Positions 22,371 through 36,600 are shown, counted from the first letter of the stretch. The stretch is DNA of 64,000 bases from Phoronis australis (GCA_002633005.1 NMRA01000042.1:432838-496837); one strand, 5' to 3'. Translations and numbers: made by a program. The notes: generated from the letters alone by a model not told the origin.

Positions 22371-23223
22371 CTGAGATTGTTTACCCTGGACGGTCACTTT
22401 TTTGTTTTGCACATAAGCATAATCTGCCTTCAAGTGAATAAGCATTATCAATTAGAAGTTCGTCGATTCTGTCAAAACTGAGTCTAGAAGGTTACGCTGA
22501 AAAGTAATGTGATATCAAACGTAAGAAAGTATTCAATCTTTATAAACTGCACCGTGACGTGTAACCTGAGAGTAGTCACAAGGAAGGTATTTGGTATATA
22601 AAATTGTATACTCCAAAACGCAACAAGTAATTTTTCATATATTAGATACTGTGAAGTATGCTTCCCAAAATCAACAAAAAAGGCCTGGAAGTGTGAGAGC
22701 ACCAAAAACTGGAAATACAAAAGTCCTAAATTTTCCATGAGATATACCACACACAAATACTTTAAAGGTTTTATATGTGAGAAGTATTGGGAATAACATC
22801 ATTTTTTGGCTAGCTACAATATTGGAAGGCATAACAGAGGCTGATGTGATGTACTTCCTCACGTTTAGAATCACGTTTTTCGAAAAAACTTTATCGCACA
22901 ACTTCTAACATGAGCTAAACGTTTCATAAGTTCATTGTCTTAAGACCACGAACATCCCGTTGGCATGTCTGTTTAGGTTGGATAGCATGCCGAGGTAAAG
23001 CACAAGTCAAATGTTTCAGTCATTTAAAACTTTGATGATTGAGTGTTCGTAGATTTTCAATCAAAGTTTCTAGACTCTAAAGCTCACCAGAAAATACCAG
23101 TCTTTTCTGATTGACATTTCCTCTTTCTACTTTTAAATCATTTTTGGTACTTTCAGTCTGCCAGTGAGCCCCCGATTTCGAGTCAACTCCCTTCAAAGTG
23201 ACGTTCTTCTTAGTAAGCCAGAT

Positions 23224-23296
23224 GAGGCATTGTGGCCTAGTGGGATAAGTGTCCACTTTACTCAAGATCGTGGGTTCGAGTCCCACTGGGGCACAC
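23224..23296 (+). mobile_element. tRNA-derived SINE head (Pol III A/B boxes)
   Basis: A box TGGCCTAGTGG (23233-23243), B box GGTTCGAGTCC (23273-23283); no complete cloverleaf. Confidence 0.6.
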
Positions 23297-23353
23297 TGCT
23301 AAGCGCTTGAGTCAGGTCTCTAGCTCCTCAGCTTGGTTTTATTTAATACATTA

Positions 23354-23616
23354 CAGGCGCGCACACAGTCCAAAAATTGGGGGCTCGACTTTTTGATAAT
23401 ATGGACCTTTTACTAAGATTCACAGGGTTCGTTCAGAGCTATGCATTGTACATTCTCCGAATTTAGGTAGTTTCTGCCTTTTTAGTGGACTTTAGTCTTG
23501 TTGTCTACTTTCTTCGGAGTTTTTGTTTCTCTGAGGCGGACCTTTTTGCACACTTCGCTAAATGGGGGTGGGATCGTTCGAACCCTCCTAGCCCCCCTCC
23601 CCTGGGTGCGCACATG
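23354..23616. mobile_element. MITE, CATGCGCGCACCCAG family (degenerate)
   Basis: CAGGCGCGCACACAG...CTGGGTGCGCACATG; internal GGACCTTTT motifs shared with 25431-25669 and 40491-40655. Confidence 0.68.
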
Positions 23617-25430
23617 TTAATTAATAAAGCATAAAAATGTTGATCACTGCAATGGGCCCACCTAAGCGGCTTTTGCATGCCTGGTATAACGAATACTAGA
23701 CCGCCTGCACTTATTTAAAAAAAGAATAATTTATAGATGAAACGTTCTTTTGGGTACTTTTATCTCTGGAACATAAACCCTCACTTACATAGAGGGCGTT
23801 CTTAGTTATCGCCAAAACTTTCAAAAGCGTTCAAAACGTACGCTTTGTGTCAGACCCTTCCCTCCCCACGAAAAATATGCCCAATAATTTTGTTCCTGTT
23901 TTTCCGGAAATGGACAATTTTCGTTTTCTCAAAATTAATTCTTTCATAATCCACTTGTTACATTATATTCTCATTAAATCCATTAAAAACCTTAAGGTGA
24001 ATTCATTAGTCATAGAAATTACTACAAAAAATTTTCCTACCAATGTTTTTATACTGAAATGCTCTTAAAACTACCACATATAATCACATGCTTTCTCCAC
24101 ATAGCAAACGATGGTCGGTCAACATTTAATTTGTTCTGTAATTATCGACACGATCCACACATGAACTGCCATTTCTAGAACCATTTTGTTATTCTATCAG
24201 ATTTCCATCAATTTCTAACAAATTTATCATCCTTTTATTCAAAATAATAACAGGTCAACAGCTATTCGTAAAACGTCATCCGGTTTTCTCGGTTCTGGTG
24301 TAATTAATTAATTTTACGTATGGGTTTTAAAAACAATTGACATCTACTGCCACTATGAAATTGATCTCAAAATGCTTTTTAATCAAATTAGAAGTCCCTT
24401 CAGTACTTTGAAAATACTACGAGTTTATTGGTAAGACCAAGCTGATAGAATTGGTAACAGACTGTCAGTTCTTTCCGAGATCAGGAGTCACTTTTAAACT
24501 GAGTAAGGAATAAGATAAGACAAATTTTATATCGGTAAGTTTCCTAAATCGTTCGTTTAAAGCGATTTATAACTGAATAAACAAATGAACAAACAGCCAG
24601 ACGCATTTTCGGGAAACACCCAAAACATCTTCAGTATTTTCGTATATTCATTCAGGGGCGGATCCAGGGGGGGGGCAGGGCAGAGTATTAGCCAGGATTT
24701 TGCCTGTCAGACATTCGCACCCCCAAACTGCCAAATGGAATCTGGGAGAATTTTAGGGGAGCATGGCCCCCTTGGCTCCCTCTAAATCCGCTACTACATA
24801 GTATCCCTTGGGGCTGTGACCTTCAATATTTCAACCACCAAGTGTTGTGGCTCTCCAAACGGAAAATGCCGTCAAATGCGCAGGGATAACCATTTGTGAA
24901 AGCAGGTTTACAAGAATTGACATAATATGAGGAGGGTGACTATAAAGAATTGAAAATGACAATCGTGCACAAATACGGTACGCTCCACATAACTATTTCT
25001 GAATAATAATTAAATCTCACTACTTGAGCAAAATGCAAAGTCTTAGAACGTACACACAACTGCTAGTTACTGAGTTACTTTCTATGAATCATTTCTAGAC
25101 TGTCATGCACCCCTATTTACTTTGCTAAACGTTTACTCAACAGTTGTGAAGTGGGAGCATATGACCAAATGAGAAGGACCCCGGAGTAACCATTCGCTGT
25201 GAGTTGATATAGAACAGCAGTACAGAGCACTTGACATAGAAGGATGACCGTAGGATCACAAAGAGTGCATCCTAATGTGAACATAATTGGATGCTTGCTG
25301 GTGTCTGCACTCTGACTGTGGCCTCTGAGAATCTTCCAAGATTTCCATGATGCAAAAAACTGAGCTAGATGAGAGGCTCAAGGTAATGGTCAAAATTAAT
25401 TCAAAATGAACAAGCTTACCACAATGAGTA

Positions 25431-25669
25431 CATGCGCGCACCCAGGGAGGGGGGGGGGTGCTCGGGGGGCTCGAAGGAGCCCCCCGGTTGGCGAAGTGGG
25501 CAAAAAGGTCCCCACTGAAAGACAAAAAGTCCACTAAATAAGCGCAAACGCGCCATTCACAGAGTTGCGCCCGTTTTTTTTTTTTTAGTACGCTCGCTCT
25601 TTTGTTCGCAAAAGGTCCACAACGTCAGGAATTCGAGCCCTCCCATATTGAAGGCTGGGTGCGCGCATG
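25431..25669. mobile_element. MITE, CATGCGCGCACCCAG family, 5-bp TSD
   Basis: GAGTA|CATGCGCGCACCCAG...CTGGGTGCGCGCATG|GAGTA; perfect 15-bp TIR. Confidence 0.88.
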
Positions 25670-26391
25670 GAGTATCGAGACAGAAGTGACAGAACAATTG
25701 CACTCTCCATAGATTCCTCTAGAAACTCTAAAGAACCCCTCAAAATTGAGCTAACTCAACCATTCGAGGTACCACAAAAACAACTGCGTCAGTGAAATTC
25801 TGTACATGCTAATGGTCACTAAATAGCCCATGGCAGACAAAATACTCTCTAAGTAGAGCCCGACAGAAATCTTCAAACGAGACGTGAACTAGATTTGCTA
25901 TGCGAGGTACCGGCTAAAACTGAATAAAAATAAACAATCGTTCCACATTGAGCACAGACTGACCCCAAAACATAAAATTGGGCTCTAGAAAGGCTGCCAT
26001 AAGCCCTAAAAGGACCTTCCAAAATCCATGGGCACACCCAGGGGGGGGGGGGGGGGNGGGGGGAGACAGGTAGGATTTCACGTTAGCAATCGGCATCAAC
26101 TCAATTCTCTCCCGAACTTCTAGAACTGGTATAACAGAGGTAAGTAGGTAAGTAGTTCACTCACTGTTGGTGTGCGATGAATTCAAAGGGTTCGTGGAAA
26201 ACCCGGATGATTGATGCCACCGACCATCAGGGCTGTCGTAGCATACAGCTAGCATTGTCTCTTGTCTACTTTGACTATCTAGACACTGTTTTTTAAAACT
26301 TTTTGGACTGTATGAATTTTGTAAACATTTGAGTGGTGAACTGGTAGATGATATCTATGCTCCTAACTTCCCACATCGGGGATTTTATCGG

Positions 26392-26889
26392 ATTGTTCTA
26401 AAACCACTTCGACCCCCACACAACACGACCCCCTCAAACCACGACCCCCCTCGACCCACTACTCTGAAGAAATTACGTAATCTTGTATTTCTCGCTTCCC
26501 AAAAAAGCTTGAAATTGCCATTCACTGAAGAGCAGACGGGAACGACATTTGTAACGTTGGTAGGTCTTTGATTTGATTTTGTCACGTTGTTTTTTGTGTT
26601 TGTGGCTTTCAAACTTACCGATTTGACTCTCTTAATTGCAAAAAAGGTAAATCTAGCCGAATTCACAACCAGACTCGTTGGTCCTGCAAGTCAGCGCTTG
26701 TTCTATGCTCAGATCGAGTCGAGCTGGTGTAGACTGGGTCAAGGGCGTTGCGGGCCGTGGGTCGAGGGGGTCGTGGATCGTGGGTAGAGGAGTTCGTGGG
26801 TCGAGGGGGTCGTGGGGTGTGAGGGTGCAGGGGGTAGTGGGGTGTGAGGGGGTCGTGGGGTGTGAGGTTGGAGGGGGTTTTAGAACAAT
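26392..26889. mobile_element. MITE with TIRs and C-rich/G-rich subterminal tandem repeats
   Basis: ATTGTTCTAAAACC...GGTTTTAGAACAAT; left arm CGACCCCC repeats, right arm GGGGGTCGTGG repeats. Confidence 0.75.
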
Positions 26890-27700
26890 TCAATTTTAAG
26901 TGACAAACTGCGTTTAGAATTTCATTCTCCAATTATTGCGCGTGTAGATACGGTATATTATGTGTTTGTTGAGCTACACTTGAAAATATTCATGTTCGAT
27001 ATCACATAAACTGGTCACATTTATTGATTCATCAGATACATGATTTATTGGAGCAAACTCATTTTTAATCAAGAACAACCTTGAGACATATCTTGTGATG
27101 AGATTGTCCATTGCCGTCAGCAAGCTTCCTTTGATGATTTGGATTATACAGTTAAATATTCCGAACACTCGGTTATCTACCGCGGTTAACATGGTTAATA
27201 CTTTTCAACATGGAGAGCAAACAAATGAAAGGTAGTTTTCTACATTTTTAGGTCATCACGGGGGTATGTGCAGGTTACATGGTATTCTCGTAATGCTTGG
27301 AAGGTCACTAACCGACTAATCACCAAAGATGAAACCTCTCGCTGTCACATTTGTTAAAGGTGCATATCGTTTGTGCACCCTTTTCTTCGGCCAGGATTCT
27401 TCACTAGTCACGTCGTAAACGGACGGGACCCTTGTTTGTTGCACAAGTAGCATTAAACTTATTGCGCGGTGCGATTTGTACTGAATTAAAGAAACGACGT
27501 TAAAAGTTGGTGTCTAGGTTATTCAGAAAATGTTTGGACTTACAACAAGAACACTATTTTATCCTTCAATCTTTAGAGTGACCACGACCCACAGAGCTAA
27601 TCTCCGTCTATGATGAGTTTTAATAAAACTGGCAGACGACCTGTATCTGCCACCGCGCGGATTAGTTCCCTAAATTACCTCATTACTATGCTTCTTTTAA

Positions 27701-29320
27701 GGGAGAATGCCACCCAAAAAACAACCTATTTTGTATCAATTTAGATCGAGTAGTTCCACTCGATAACTGCAAGTTCAGTTGTTTTACCTGAGACCTAACA
27801 GCAGACGGAGGTGTTGAAATTAACCAATGAAGTATTCGGTTCGAACACAGTCCGTTCAGCCGTTCCCAACGCGCTTACTGGTGTCAACTTTTCGCTTGAA
27901 TTCATCGTTTTACACCAATAAATCATCAGAATTCGATGTAACCCCCTTACAATACATTGAGTTCTTGAACAAACGTGTTTTATTTCACTGTTTCGGATTT
28001 ATAGGTATTTGAACTTACCGTAGTCTACTTTACCATGGTCGATCGCGGGAGTTAGGGTCTGTTTGGTGATAAATTCCAATCTTTCTTCCGTGAAATACAG
28101 ACGGGGGAACATAGCTGCGTGTTGTACTTTTAGACTTGCGATTTTGTCAGTTCTAAACACACAAAACGCTTGTTACTCCCCGCCGCAGTGGCTAGGAACC
28201 CGATCAGGCCCGTCGCGGCCGCCAGGACTGGACATCACGAACATAAACCTCCAGTCACGAAAAGACTATAATAGTGAGCCAAAGAAATAATGTGCACGTA
28301 ATTGTTTAGGTGAATTATCCACGAAGCTGAAAATCTACGTACTTGTCGGGGACCGCGAAGTCAAGTTCCTCTTCCACAGAACCGTCAGGGCAAAGGTTGT
28401 ACAGTAACAATGATTTGAATAATGTATTGTATATCTAAATAAAGATTCCCCTAACATGTGACCATAGCATAAGAAATCGAGTTTTTGTTTCACAACAGCT
28501 TTCTTTTAGCAAACACTGAATTAACATGCGCTCACACGGCCTCGGTGCTCGGTCAGTTACCTTTATTGCATCTAAAGCCGGTAACGCAATGGTTTATTCA
28601 TTGCTGGCTTCTCAAAACATTTGCGCTCAGGAATACTCCATTAAAAACTGTATCTAATGAAACAGACTTTGTTTCAGTTTTATATAAGCATTGGTTATGG
28701 TGAGAATAATTCATTTTGAAACAGAACGCAGAATAATAAACGTCTACATGGCACCTCGCCCTGCGCCAATCCCGACCTAGTCAAGAGCTCATCCGACGAA
28801 GACTTCACGGGTGTATCATTAGGTTTCACAGGCTATCAGTTCGAACCAGAATACACTGATCAAGAAATACTAGAGAGGCGCTGCCAACATGCACAAGCAA
28901 CGGAACGTATGGATAGTTCTTTGGTAAGGCAGAATTCGTCAGAGAGATCAATGTCGACAAAATGCCGGCCACAGACACGGAGATGTTTCACGGCCTCATA
29001 ATTGCTATTGTGATCGTACTTTTCACTCTTCTCTACCGCGAGCCACTTCCTAAGCATTTCGGGCTCTCGAGGAAGTCGAAAAAACGATATACCCGCTTTC
29101 TTTGCAGCTTCATTGTTCGGAAAAGCGGGAACCGATGCACCGAAATATAGCGGCATTCACTCTGCTGATGAACCACTGACGTCGCTGCGTCGTTTCTCAC
29201 CTTCCTCATAGGTTAACGCGACACCTCTCGACAAGGTGAGGTCGACCGTATAAGAGGCGATGTAGATGTAGCCCGATTAAGACGGTAAAAATGGCTAATT
29301 TAATCGGGTGGTATTCTCCT
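27701..29320. mobile_element. Internally deleted Kolobok DNA transposon
   Basis: TTAA|GGGAGAATGCCACCC...GGGTGGTATTCTCCT|TTAA (RR termini, TTAA TSD); THAP-domain remnant on minus and YQFEPEY-containing ORF remnant on plus. Confidence 0.85.
28860..29156 (-). pseudogene. Truncated THAP-domain transposase N-terminus
   Basis: GISFFRLP...RKWL...LRVCGRHF matches the THAP C-terminal consensus; the N-terminal CxxxxC cysteines are lost and the ORF is truncated. Confidence 0.78.
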
Positions 29321-30430
29321 TTAAGTTATTCATCAATGAATGCATCTCCTCGGTCGCCAATAAGAATCAATAAGAAATTAGAAGACATTGGATAAAGCGA
29401 ATCTCTAGCTGTTCCTTTGCGGAATTACATCGTCCAACCAGTCGACCACAGACTTCAGTAGCCAGCGTCCTTTGCTCCCCAGTAATGTAAACTTTCCTTG
29501 GCTCATTAGTTCAGACCTCCTCAACCACTTATGAAAGCCCGAGGATGCTACGCTTTCCGTCTTGATTTGTGGATTTGCAGTACCAAATCTCCTTTTTCAA
29601 CGTGCTGGTCCCCGTTGAAGAAAATCAAGGCAATCGAGAAATGGTCGGAGAACAAATGTGAACCAAGCTCCAGCAGCAGTTTATTGCACATGTATTATTA
29701 CACAAATTGTCATCGTGGACACCGTGATTTTTTATGTTTAGTTAAACGCCGTTTCTTGTTGAAGTGTCATTATCATTTCTATTTCATGTCAATAATTTCT
29801 GGTCAAAACCAAATATTTTTCCTTGTGGGATATCCCCAGTGTGATATACTGATTCATCTACATGTTTGTGGTACCTTGAATGTTTGAGCTAACTCAAGTT
29901 TGGAAGGTCAGTTTTTAGTTTCTAGCGCGCATTTTCCTTAGTACGAATTTTCATTCGGTGTTTGATGTGACACGATTGCTCATTTAAATCAAATTTGACA
30001 GGTACTTGGGATATATAATCCAGCATAACATTTTACGCAGCAACCAATTATTCCATTCGTAGTCGAACATTTGTCCAAAGGTGGATACTCTCAGCTAACA
30101 ACGAATGGCTTCACGAATATTTGTTCTTGGTTCAACTTATTCTTAGCCGATGTTCGTTCGTTTATTCGTAGCTGCTTTCACGAACGTGTGGCCGGGTCTT
30201 CAGGTTGTCTTAAATTTTGTTTATGCTTGTGAGTGCTTTTGCGAGAGTATGCGCTTGTAATTTTTCGTGTGCGCATGCGTTGAAACAGCATAATTATCTG
30301 AATAAAAAGCAAACATTTATTGCTAATTTTCGACAATTCCAAACTAATTTACTTCGATGAAGACCTTGAGTCAACGTCTTTTCAATCGACAGTTGAGACG
30401 AGTCGTCTTCGTTGTTTGTTACCTCTATTC

Positions 30431-30681
30431 TTAATCATCGCCATCATTATCGTCGTCATCTTTATCGCCGTCGTCTTCATCATTGTCATCAGCATCACCA
30501 TCATCATCGTCATCATCATTGTCATCATCATCATCATCGTCACCATCATCATCTTCATCATCATCATCATCATCATCATCATCTTCTTCTTCATCTTTTC
30601 CTTCTTCTTCTTCTCCTTCGTCATCGTCGCCGTTCTCATCAGAAGATTCAAAGCTTTCCAAAATTTCTTCCCATTGATTAC
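30431..30681 (-). CDS. Protein B terminal exon (poly-Asp)
   Basis: ttttatttttag|GTAATCAATGG; extends ORF 30431..30661. Confidence 0.82.
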
Positions 30682-33600
30682 CTAAAAATAAAAATAAAAT
30701 TATCTAATCTGTTTATGCATGAAAATGTGACTAAAATGTTAAACTGAGATTTATAAACGTTATTGGACACGTAATCACAACAAAATATGATGGCGGCTTT
30801 GAACACCGTACTTACACAATTGAACAATGCGAAGCACTGAAGGCCAGTTCAGTATATATGTACTTGATATCGACGATCGTTTCCATATTAGGAGGGTAAA
30901 AATAGATAAAAAAATACGTCAAGGTCATCTTTACTGTTGTAGTATAGAAATGCACTTACTGTAATTTTTGCCACCCAACTTTTCTAATGCCATTTCTTCG
31001 TCTAAAACGAGAATACTTATGTATAGTTGTTCTGATATAAATCAACACATTGGTATATCAGCATAGTTTTCTTCTGCACTGTTAGTAGAACATACTGTCG
31101 GGACAAAGTTCTCTTCAGATAAACTATAGGTCACACGATGTGACCAGCATATGACGTGTGAGAAGACTATATGATTCTTACTTAAAGAGATTAATCATAG
31201 TTCATCATTAAGCGTCGAGTTATTGGTGTTGGTGGTGGTTGTGGGGGTGGGGAGCCAAGTGGTCATGGTGGTGTTGCTTGTGATGGTGATGATTTCTGAT
31301 GGTTCTTGTGGTTGTGGTGGTTGTATACTAGGTGGTGGTCGATTCTGCTGGTGAAGATACTTTAACCGTGACTAGCGATTACGGCAACATTCACTGGAGT
31401 CTTAGGACAAATTAATAGTAGGTAACAAAATCTAAAAGTTCCCACAATGAACAAGTTGCAATTCAAACGATTCGTTTGACACTTGAAGCACCTCCAGCGA
31501 TAAGTCCCAGACCAATATAGATCAACATCAACTAGTAAAAGTATATATTTTAAGAAAGAAAAAAGATAAGGGATTATAAAAATATTTTTATTTGTGTGTC
31601 CTTATTATTACATCAACACTTTTTTTTAAGTCAAAATTTCTTTTTTAAGAAAGGTACGTTCATAACAAAATAACGCCTAAGACGATTTTAATGAAACCTT
31701 ATTTAAATGAAAACTTCATCAGTTACCTCAAAAACGCTGTTAGGAATTTTCGATTAGTCTCTGAGTTTGGTATTTTTTGTAAAGTAGCAGTCTTATTCGT
31801 CTTTTACATTACGCAAAAAAATAGGTCTTTATACCAAAAATCCTAACAGCATTTTTAGGTTGATGAATCAATAAGTTTAGTTTGGAAAGTTTCAGTGAAA
31901 TCCACCAAGCCGTTTTCGAGAAGTTGGCTAACCTCAAATTAAGTCGATTTGCTGAAGCCGATAAAAAGCGGATTTAGGTAGTGAGCGGTGAAAGTCTCAA
32001 GGACTTTGGTTAATTATTCGGTGAAAATGTGTTTTCTGTCAAAATAATCTATACATTCATGTTCGCTATTTCAACTTTCAGTCGCAATCTCAGCTGAATT
32101 TGCAGTGCGGGTCAACTAGGTCAGAAGGCGGAGCCTGCTATAAGTAGGCCAACATTTCATTGTATATACTCACGCGCTGGGGAGAATAATATCAGGAAAC
32201 CAAGTATGGAATGGACAATAGAAATCGAGTCGGTGGTTAAAGCGCGTCGTGAGAATGAGATTGAAACAGCGCAATTTCAAATTACTGATCAAAATAATGA
32301 ATGTCGGGGATGATTTAACTTTTTTAATAACTTGATGTGTTGGTGAACTCTATAAGGCACAGAGGCAGTTTAGCGACTCGGACTCTATGTATACGTTCTC
32401 AACCGTCGTCTGCACGACTCCCTTCAGATAAAATTACGTTTTATCTTCGTTTTCCGTGGCATCATTTTGTGCGAATGAGGTTTGAGATATCGTTAAATTG
32501 CTCATTAAATGAATTAAGTACTCCACGCGATTACGTTTGATTTCATCTATCTCGACTATAAACTTGAATAAATCAATCCAGCGGTGCAAAAAAAAATCAG
32601 CCATCTAAAAGCAATCAGTGAAATCAACTATGCGCACAGTAGACGTTTGCATTTAAGAATCTATTAATATTAATTACAAAATGTAGTTTTTAAAGAAATG
32701 TTATTTACCGCTGATTATTGAGGATTCCACTTCCTTCACCTCGTCCAATATGTCTTCTAGTCTCTGTTCGCTGGTTTCGTTCATCCATTCTCCTGCAAGC
32801 GATTCTACAAAAACAATGACGTCATCAAGTCACTTATTGCAGGGATAATTTCAGGATTGCGCCCCGCGTCACTGGCTCAAAAATAATTTCATTGCCCCAT
32901 TGTGATTGCGAAACTCGGGGCTAACGGACCTATTTAAATTCAAAGTGAAAAGGGATGAAAACTGATTTAGTCTATAGGACTTCTAAATTGCCCCACAGAC
33001 TTGAGGCCATGTGGGTCAATTCACCCAAACTCACGTTTTTCTAAAATTATCCTTGCTGTTCCTGTATTTAGTGATGTAGTCAATCAAAATATTTGCAGCA
33101 CTCAGTATGCAGGATCATGAGAGAGTCTGCTGTTTACTGAAAACGAAAATGCGACTGTTTATGTAGTCCCAAACCCTGGACACACCTAAGGGGACCTTTA
33201 CAAGTGTAACAATCTCGCTCCTCCTGTCAAAAACAGGTTTTGATTCAGGCCACTTATTGATCCAAAATCGACCACATGTTGCTCTTCATTCAGATTAAAA
33301 ATCATTTCTGGGCTTTTGAAAAACTTCCAGTTCGTTATTGTTTAGACCAGGCACGTTAGCTGCTTGTTACATTTTCAGGTCCAATTCAGCATGTGGGAGA
33401 ATTTCTCACTTACAGTGGTCACCGTTTTGATTTCCTAAGCCCCAAACAACTGTTATGATGCCTATTCAGCCCGCCCTTTGTATTGATGTACATCTGAGAA
33501 AATGAAGTGGAAGGTAATAGCTAGCATTACTTTCTTAGCAGTGGTGGTTGTTATTACACCCAAATTGGTTTTCTCTGGCATTTGCACAAAGTTAAAGCCT

Positions 33601-36600
33601 GCATTGTGGAGGGTAGTTTTAACTTGGTACTTTTTAAATATTACAAAAATACTAAAAAGTTGTCAAGGGACTTTCCAGCATATTGGTCCTCTGAATTACA
33701 ATTCAAACAAATCAGTGTAATTTGGCAACAGTCCCTCATGTAAATGTGTTGAACACGCAAAAATGTTCACGATTAATAATATTTAAAGCAGACGACTCCG
33801 TTTCCCCAGCATGTGTATATTTCAACATTGCTATTTGTGTGATTCTGAGTGGGTAACGACTCTTCGTCATATATTCTAGTAACCCTGTGTCATTTTATGT
33901 TTGCCTGAAGTTCAGACAAGAACAACTCGAAACATAACTGTCATTTTGATCATTAGTTTTCTAATCATATCTCATGGCCGCGCTGCCTTATTGTTTGAGC
34001 TGCGAACGGCCGTTGAAGACACCGAGAGCTAGAGCGAGTATCGTTAAAAATTATGAATCGGGTATATTTTTGTGTATTCATCAAATTCAAACAAAGTAAT
34101 CTGATGACATTGTTTTGGAAGATCAAATACGCCTGTTAACTAAGTTGCTTTCTGACACCATGTCAGTGGATATTGGCCAGTTTAACAATTTTTCTTCTGC
34201 CTAAAATGACCAGCTGCAAGAAACGTAAAAAAGTAAATTCAGGGGTGCGTTCCGTAGCGCAAGTTTCCTGCTAGTTTGATAGGATCACGCACTGTCACAC
34301 AAGATCATCTCAGTACATGACGAGTGTTTCGCGAGTAAGCTCGCGACTTTACTAGAGGCCAACACTGGCAAAGGGGCCATCGTGGAACTGGGTTGCGTTC
34401 CGTAGACGCAAGACACTCGAGAGTAATATTCTGTCACTTGCTTCGATTATAATCCGTGACATGTGACGATATCTCTGGGATACTTGCGTGATCTTACGTT
34501 TTCTCGAGTTTCTTGTGTATACGGAATCGAAGGTAGCCGAGATTGAGCACCGCGTGTGGAATGTTGAACTATTGGAGAAAGTTCACGCTTTCCGTTCCAT
34601 AATTAGCAAAGATTTTTCGCCACCGGCAAGTACCTCGCGGGTTTCTAGCGCTAAGGAGCTTGGACAGACCCTGTTTTCAGAAAGATTAAAATTTAACAAA
34701 ATGGTTGAATGTTTGCTTTCTTTTGACAGATGTGTGTCGGCAGCAACTCAGATAATTGCAGCATGGACTAGTCAGCATTCAGCGGGAGAGATTGCGACCC
34801 AAGAAAAAGCGGCATTTAATTAAAATAACAATTAGTTACCATCGCCCGTTATGTGTTCTTCTATGTTTCCATTTTTCACAGCAAACTCATCTGCAACACA
34901 AACAATCAATCATTATACATTATTGCAGTTATTGGCTGTAAATCTTTTAATTGAAGCACTCCGGTCCATAGTTTTATCTTGTGTACTTAGAAAGATTAAC
35001 TCGTCTTATTAAAATAACAAAGAAAAGAGTTTCACCCCAAAAACGTCCAAGATGGCGCTGCACGGGGATTTAACGAATAAAATAAAGTTATTCGAAACTT
35101 TGGAAATATAACACATTGTCAGTATCAATCCGTTGATTTAATGCTTGACGCCTTTAACCATTTCTCAGACTTGCCTTGAAATTCTTTCACTTCATCAGTC
35201 TTAGGATCTTTAGATCCCACGGAGTACGAGACGGAACCCTTACTTTCCTCTGTTGGCCTTGCATCTAAACACAAAAAGAGAAATTCCTTTATTTAAACAG
35301 TCAATGCTTAAACTTCATTAACAACTATAACAACACGACATGAATCTCAACAACTACTACTACACAACTTCCAGCAGCACAATATGAACAGCAACATAAC
35401 TTCCAAAAACACCACATGAACAGCAACTACACAACTTCCAACAACACGACATAAACAACAATGACTATTACTACACAACTTCCAACAACTACCACTACCA
35501 CCACTACTACTAATACTATATTTGTTGTTGTCGTTGTTTTTGTTGTTGTTGATGTTGTTGTTGCTGCTGCTGATGCTGTTGTTGTTATTATTATTGTTAG
35601 TACTATATTGCTGTTAGCAGAATACTAGAACACCAAAAGTCATTTTATAAATGATTCAAGAATTTCCTGCAACAGCACTCAATCATATGACAACCCCTGC
35701 AAACCCGCAGCTGCACATTTCTTAGGAAAAAATAAGCATGTATTAGCGCCTTGGAGAAATATCCTTGGTTTAAACACGAAAAAATATATGATGGTGAATC
35801 ATCAGTCTTGACATCTGCAGTTTTAACAAATGTACTGAACGTCACATGTAATCAGGTTGCAGGTGTCTTCTTAAAAATAGAATATTTCATCCACCACGTA
35901 ACTTTGCTGCAAATAATCAGGACACATGTATTCGCTGCACATTTCAAATAAGATAAAACCGGCTATGACCCGTCTTACAACACAAAAACCAAATTTTAAT
36001 TTAAACCACTCGCCGTTATGAAATTGGTCTCAAATTTTTCCTCATTCAAAGTGGAGGCAATTTCAGGGTTACGAAAGAACTAACACTTCGTTATTGCACG
36101 CGAACGCGGGCTACAGATGTCCTGAGCATGGTCTCAAGGATTATCAGACTGTCAGTTCTTCTCATCCCAGAGGAAAACGTTGAGATAAATATTAGCGGAA
36201 ATTGTTCACCAACATTTAGTTTATGGACGGAACACGGGTTTATGCTCGCTTTTACTACGACAGAATTGGTGTTCCTGCTTACCACAAGTTACAACTTGTT
36301 TCAAAGTGACAACATATTTCAAAGTTACAATTTATGTCAAAGTTACAATTTATTTCAGCAGAATCGAATAGCAAACTTGCAAAAAGGACACGCGCTTTGG
36401 AATCAGTTACAAAGTTAAGAAACGCAAAACTAAACTCTCACAAACAAATTTAATTCGGATTATTTATGTTAAAATGCAAGTTACCAAAGCCAGGGACTAT
36501 GTGACGACCGATCATAGAATTGCGGAATCATTTGCACTAAGATTCGCAATTTCTTTTTTGTGACCTCCTGCACGCCTCGAGTATGAGAACTGTTATTGAC

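Noticed and set aside
29400-29690. Possible retroelement integrase fragment or gene A first exon
   Set aside because: It has stops in all frames, no usable donor and no convincing motif.
30320-30747. Poly-His, poly-Ile, poly-Ser and poly-Met ORFs
   Set aside because: These are alternative-frame or antisense shadows of the (GAT)n poly-Asp exon. Only the Asp frame has a fitting acceptor phase and polyA signal.
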